From Acidilobaceae archaeon (GTDB taxonomy: Archaea > Thermoproteota > Thermoprotei_A > Sulfolobales > Acidilobaceae), in contig JAWAWX010000001.1 of NCBI GenBank assembly GCA_038897215.1, positions 416,001 through 480,000 of the forward strand: 64,000 bases of DNA, read 5' to 3'. Every line of letters starts with the position of its first letter. Position 1 is the stretch's first letter. Below, in pieces: positions 59,584 to 64,000 of this stretch. The notes under the pieces are model-generated. The model did not search any database. It was given only the letters and a program-made list of their open reading frames with translations, and had not been told where the DNA came from. The position numbers were made by a program, and so were the translations under genes.

Positions 59584-61623
59584 ATGGGCTCCGAGTCTAG
59601 AGACATAGCTATACTGGGCGAGCCTCTCCCCTTCAACGAGTACTTGTTGCCTGAGGACGAGAGGTGGAAGTCTAAGATAGTGAGCATATCCGAGTACAAG
59701 TCCATGCTGGAGAAGAGCCTCAAAGACTACGAGGGCTTCTGGGCCTCTGTAGCTAAAGAGCTCGAGTGGATCGAGCCTTTCATAAAGGTCAGTGAGCCCG
59801 CGGAGACCCCCTACGTGTACAAGTGGTTCGTGGGGGGCAAGCTGAACATCTCGAAGCTAGCTCTAGACAAGCACGTGAAGACGTGGAGGAAGAATAAGGT
59901 AGCTATAATATGGGAGGGGGAGCCTGTAGACGAGACGGGGAGCCCTAGAGAGGTCAGGAAGCTGACCTATTTCGACCTATGGAGGGAGGTAAATAGAGTA
60001 GCCTACATGCTCAAGACGAAGCTGGGGCTGAAGAAGGGCGATAGAATAGCGTTCTACCTACCCATGATCCCAGAGCTCCCCATATACATGCTGGCAGCCG
60101 CTCGCCTAGGCTTAGTCTTCACTGTAGTTTTCGCAGGATTCGCTGCAGAGAGCCTCGCGATGAGAGTGAACGACCTCCAGGCCAAGGTCCTGGTCACTGC
60201 CGACGGGTTCTACAGAAGAGGGAAGGTCATTAGGCTTAAAGACATAGCCGATAAGGCTCTCGAAATGACCCCCTCTGTTGAGAGAGTTGTGGTAGTCAGG
60301 AGGCTGAAGCTAGGAGACGTGAATATAGTCGAGGGCAGAGACTACTTCCATGATGTGTTGATGAAAGACGTGCCAGTCAACGCCTACGTGGAGCCAGAGC
60401 CCATGGAGAGCACTGAGCCTCTCTTCGTCCTCTACTCCTCCGGGACTACGGGGAAGCCTAAGGGGATTATACACGACCACGTGGGCTACGCTGTAGGGCT
60501 CTACCATACTATGAAAGCAGTATTCGATATAAGAGACGACGATATACACTTCTGCACAGCAGACATAGGGTGGATCACTGGCCACAGCTACGTTGTCTTC
60601 GGCCCCCTCATAGCGGGAGCTACTATAGTCATGTATGAGGGGGCTCCGGATTACCCAGAGCCTGATAGATGGTGGTCTATAGTAGAGAGGTACGGGGTCA
60701 CGATATTCTACACCTCGCCTACAGCGACCAGGATGCTCATGAAGTACGGCGATAGCTGGGTCAAGAAGCACGACTTGTCTACGCTCAGAATAATACACAG
60801 CGTCGGCGAGCCCATCAACCCGTCTGCTTGGAGGTGGCTCTACGAGGTCGTAGGAGGCAGGAGGTGCCCCGTTGGCTCCACCTGGTGGATGACCGAGACT
60901 GGAGCTATAATGGTGAGCATAACTCCGGGTCTGGGACTCATCCCAATGAAGGCTGGAACCAACGCTTTACCGCTCCCGGGCGTGGAAGCGGAGGTAGTAG
61001 ACGAGCAAGGCAACCCAGCTCCTCCAGGGAAGAAGGGTTACCTTGTGATCAAGAAGCCGTGGCCAAGCATGCCGGCTCCACCGACAGGCCTCTGGGGAGA
61101 CCCTGGTAGGTATGTCGCCACTTACTGGAGCAAGTTCCCGGGCATGTTTTACACTGGAGACTACGCTGTCAAGGACCAGGACGGCTACATCTGGGTACTC
61201 GGGAGAGCAGACGAGGTCCTAAAGGTAGCCGGGCACAGAATAGGCACCTTCGAGCTGGAATCGATAATCACTATGCACTCAGCTGTAGCAGAGGCAGCCG
61301 TCGTGGGGGTACCAGACCCGATAAAGGGAGAGGTGCCAGTCGCCTTCGTCGTGCTCAAAGCGGAATACAAGCCTTCAGCAGAGCTAGCCGCATCGATCAG
61401 ACAGTGGGTTAGAGAGAAGTACGGGCCGATAGGAGAGCCTGCTCACGTCATATTCGTCAGCAAACTCCCCAAGACCAGGAGCGGGAAGATAATGAGGAGG
61501 CTCCTGATAGCGGTAGCCACAGGGAAGCCTCTGGGAGACGTCTCGACTCTCGAGGACGAGACTGCAGTCGAGGAGGCTAGAGCAGCCTACGAGGAGCTTA
61601 CGAGAGAGCTCTCCAAGCACTAG
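59584..61623 (+). CDS. acs: Acetate--CoA ligase (AMP-forming)
   Basis: YSSGTTGKPKG, ADIGWITGHSY, WWMTETG, PKTRSGKIMRR. Confidence 0.96.
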   Translation: MGSESRDIAILGEPLPFNEYLLPEDERWKSKIVSISEYKSMLEKSLKDYEGFWASVAKELEWIEPFIKVSEPAETPYVYKWFVGGKLNISKLALDKHVKTWRKNKVAIIWEGEPVDETGSPREVRKLTYFDLWREVNRVAYMLKTKLGLKKGDRIAFYLPMIPELPIYMLAAARLGLVFTVVFAGFAAESLAMRVNDLQAKVLVTADGFYRRGKVIRLKDIADKALEMTPSVERVVVVRRLKLGDVNIVEGRDYFHDVLMKDVPVNAYVEPEPMESTEPLFVLYSSGTTGKPKGIIHDHVGYAVGLYHTMKAVFDIRDDDIHFCTADIGWITGHSYVVFGPLIAGATIVMYEGAPDYPEPDRWWSIVERYGVTIFYTSPTATRMLMKYGDSWVKKHDLSTLRIIHSVGEPINPSAWRWLYEVVGGRRCPVGSTWWMTETGAIMVSITPGLGLIPMKAGTNALPLPGVEAEVVDEQGNPAPPGKKGYLVIKKPWPSMPAPPTGLWGDPGRYVATYWSKFPGMFYTGDYAVKDQDGYIWVLGRADEVLKVAGHRIGTFELESIITMHSAVAEAAVVGVPDPIKGEVPVAFVVLKAEYKPSAELAASIRQWVREKYGPIGEPAHVIFVSKLPKTRSGKIMRRLLIAVATGKPLGDVSTLEDETAVEEARAAYEELTRELSKH

Positions 61624-62453
61624 CCGCTATCCTCCAGCTCCCCCAGCCTTCCTCTCTCTCCTCTCTCCTCCTGAGCTGAGCTCAGGTACTCTGAGAGAGT
61701 TGTCCTACGCGCTCTCGAGAAGGCTAGTTCTCGAGCCCGCCTCAAGTCTAGGTGCTTGACTTCTATCCCGTAAAGAGCTGCCAGCCTTAGAGCGTTCTCG
61801 GTAGCCCCCGGGGCTAGCAGAACTCCTCTAGCTTCCACTCCTCTCGCTTTCAGAGCCTCGAGGTAGCCGTGGAGCTGTCTGACAGCCTCCTCTGTAGCCT
61901 TGACTCTCTTGACCTCCACTAGCACCGGGCGGCCTCTCCCGTCTCTCCCGTAGATGTCCGCGACTCCGAGCTCTAGAGGCTTCTCTGAGTCTAGTACCTC
62001 GAAGCCCTCCTCGACGAGCCACGGGTTGTCTTTGATGACCTCCACTATCTCTCTCTCGCTCAGGTACATGTAGTAGTCGCCCTCGACTGGAGCCTCGAGG
62101 ATCGCTAGAACCTCTATCTCCGAGCATCTGAGCACTAGGACTTCTCTAGCTGTTCTCCTGAAGGCTTTGACTACGAGCTCTCCCCCCTCGATGAGTACTG
62201 CTACGCTACTCGTATCGGGCTGCCAGTTGAGAGGCTTAAAGCCTCGAGAGCTGTGGACTATTATGCTCCCATCCGGCTTGATCATCACGACTCTATCCCC
62301 CCGGGACGCTCTACTAGCCCCCCTGCCCTCGTACTCGGTCTCGCAGGAAGCGATCATCACTACTAGAGGCCTCCGGGGGAGGTAGCTGGAGAGAAGCGAC
62401 TTGGCTTTCTCGAGAGAAGGTCTAGCCTCGAGCTTCACTCTACTCTTCTCCAC
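61620..62453 (-). CDS. nucS: Endonuclease NucS/EndoMS
   Basis: YEGRGAS, KPDGSIIVH, PLNWQP, D...EVKR, QL..Y. Confidence 0.93.
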   Translation of the reverse strand: MEKSRVKLEARPSLEKAKSLLSSYLPRRPLVVMIASCETEYEGRGASRASRGDRVVMIKPDGSIIVHSSRGFKPLNWQPDTSSVAVLIEGGELVVKAFRRTAREVLVLRCSEIEVLAILEAPVEGDYYMYLSEREIVEVIKDNPWLVEEGFEVLDSEKPLELGVADIYGRDGRGRPVLVEVKRVKATEEAVRQLHGYLEALKARGVEARGVLLAPGATENALRLAALYGIEVKHLDLRRARELAFSRARRTTLSEYLSSAQEERGERGRLGELEDSG

Positions 62454-62458
62454 TCCAG

Positions 62459-63124
62459 CTAGCCCTCCAGGAGGTTTGAGAGAGCTCTCGCAACAGGCTC
62501 TACTACATCCTCCAAGCCGGGCTCCGAACTCTCCGAGTCTATGACGACAGGCTCCTCCGGAGGCTCTACGAGAGCCCCCTCTCTGTAGCGCACTCTAGGG
62601 CAGTCGCCTGAGCCCGCAGGGATCCCGAGAGCTCTCGCCACAGCTCTCTCCACTCTACCCCCGTGGTCTAGCTTGATCCCGGAGAGCCTCCAGTAGTCTA
62701 TAGCTACTGCTTTGATGCCAAGTTCCGCGGAAGCCTCGTAGAGAGCCGCCTTCACTAAACCCGAGTTGCTCGAGTGGCCGTTGATGACGGCTACTCTCCT
62801 GAAGCCGGAGCGGGCTAGAGACTCTGCTATCTCGCGGATCACGCTGAGGAAGGTGGCGGCTGAGAGGGTCAGCGTGCCGGAGACCCTGGACCACTCTGGG
62901 GAGAACCCGTAGTATAGAGTAGGGAGTATTAGGCAGAGTCCTGCTCCTGTCTCCTCGAGCTTCTGGCAGGCTAGCCAGGCTATCCTCTCCGCTATCAGAG
63001 CGTCTAGAGCCAGAGGGCTATCGCAGTGTTGCTCTATGCTACCAACAGGCACTACCGCGACAACTCTGCCTTTGGAGAGCTCCGCCACAGACCTAGAGTC
63101 TAGGAGCCTGTAGTCTAGCGGCAT
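62459..63124 (-). CDS. Creatininase family protein
   Basis: PVGSIEQH, GTLTL, NGHSSN, DHGG..E. Confidence 0.85.
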   Translation of the reverse strand: MPLDYRLLDSRSVAELSKGRVVAVVPVGSIEQHCDSPLALDALIAERIAWLACQKLEETGAGLCLILPTLYYGFSPEWSRVSGTLTLSAATFLSVIREIAESLARSGFRRVAVINGHSSNSGLVKAALYEASAELGIKAVAIDYWRLSGIKLDHGGRVERAVARALGIPAGSGDCPRVRYREGALVEPPEEPVVIDSESSEPGLEDVVEPVARALSNLLEG

Positions 63125-63813
63125 CGAGCTCCTGCCTCTCGAAGAGACTCTAGAGCCTCTAGAGCGGCTCTCTTGGGGTCTCCCGACTTCACTATAGCCG
63201 AGCCTATCACTATAACGCGTGCCCCGGCTTCTGCTAGCACTCCAGCTTCTCTAGGCTTGATCCCCCCAGCTACCGCCACGGGGGGCTTCACTGTTTCCGC
63301 GAGCTTCTTGACTACGTCCACTAAGCTGGAGGCTCTCAAGCCTAGGGATCTCTGGACGTCGATGCCTACGTGGACAATCACCACATCGACGCCAAAATCT
63401 GAGACTCGCTGAGCAGCCTCGAAGGGGTCCCTCACTGCTATCGTGTCAGCGTAGACTCCGAGACCCAGCTCTCTAGCCGCCTCCACCGCCGACCTCAGAG
63501 TCTCCTCGCTAGCTGAAGCAAGCACTGTGAACGCGTCTCCACCAGCTGAGGCAACAGACTCTGCCTCTAGGCGCGCCGCGTCCACAGTCTTGGTGTCAAC
63601 GACGAGAAGAGACCAGGGTCTAGAGCTTCTAAGAGCTCTCACGGAAGCCATCCCCCAGGCTTTGACTAGAGGAGTCCCCGCCTCCACTACGACCTCTCTG
63701 CTCTCGGGGAGAGCTCGAGCTACTCTAAGAGCATCACTCAAGCTCAGAGAGTCTAGAGCTACCTGGAGGAACGCGCTACACTCGCTGAGAGCCTCGGCTA
63801 GTCTCTGCTTCAC
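63115..63813 (-). CDS. hps: 3-hexulose-6-phosphate synthase (OMPDC/HUMPS family)
   Basis: LQVALD, EAGTPLVK, DTKTVD, HVGIDVQ, AVAGGI. Confidence 0.88.
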   Translation of the reverse strand: MKQRLAEALSECSAFLQVALDSLSLSDALRVARALPESREVVVEAGTPLVKAWGMASVRALRSSRPWSLLVVDTKTVDAARLEAESVASAGGDAFTVLASASEETLRSAVEAARELGLGVYADTIAVRDPFEAAQRVSDFGVDVVIVHVGIDVQRSLGLRASSLVDVVKKLAETVKPPVAVAGGIKPREAGVLAEAGARVIVIGSAIVKSGDPKRAALEALESLREAGARCR

Positions 63814-63884
63814 AGCCGCTCCTCCAGTTGCGCGCTAAGAGAGCAGAGAGTTTTAGCTTAAGGGGAGAATCGGGGCTCTGGAGC

Positions 63885-64000
63885 TCAGAGAACGGGCTCT
63901 GCTGTAACGTTGTATCTAGCTCTCCACTCCTCGAGAGCTCTCTTCTCCTCCTCTGATAGAACTCTACCTATCCTGTACCAGCCTTTGGTCGATAGGACTT
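63885..64000 (-). CDS. 3' end of a gene entering from the window edge
   Basis: Open frame ...VLSTKGWYRIGRVLSEEEKRALEEWRARYNVTAEPVL*. Confidence 0.55.
   Translation of the reverse strand, partial: VLSTKGWYRIGRVLSEEEKRALEEWRARYNVTAEPVL

Noticed and set aside
1-64000. TAG recoding suggested by frequent TAG
   Set aside because: Conserved proteins end at their expected C-termini at TAG and have no internal TAG.
1-64000. CRISPR array or IS element
   Set aside because: No regularly spaced repeats, cas genes or transposase motifs seen.

Overview
Gene-dense 64-kb stretch of a thermophilic crenarchaeal chromosome, most likely Desulfurococcales/Acidilobales-like. The basis is GatDE, aIF2, Nop5/fibrillarin, CdvA/ESCRT-III, eS25/eS30, ThermoDBP-RP and frequent TTG/GTG starts. 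It is mostly housekeeping (translation, RNA modification, cofactor metabolism, cell division, Cdc6) with one tRNA-Arg(CCG), four candidate box C/D guide RNAs, and two small genes missing from the ORF track (eS30 and a 44-aa basic protein). No CRISPR array, integrase or transposase was seen. Most notable: (1) a ~2.3-kb accessory cassette (22281-24553). It holds a cytoplasmic trypsin-like (Nal1-type) serine protease whose second beta-barrel appears internally permuted, a separately encoded ~77%-identical copy of the protease's N-terminal domain, a zincin-like protein with HExxH changed to HVxxH, and a 16-bp inverted repeat. (2) Three conserved genes whose homologous N-termini can only be translated from non-canonical starts (TTA, TCG, ACG) placed behind good Shine-Dalgarno motifs. 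(3) A divergent cdvA / cdvB1-2-like pair with no cdvB-cdvC downstream. (4) An in-frame MNT-HEPN deletion fusion next to the tRNA. All homology calls are from motif recognition, not database searches.
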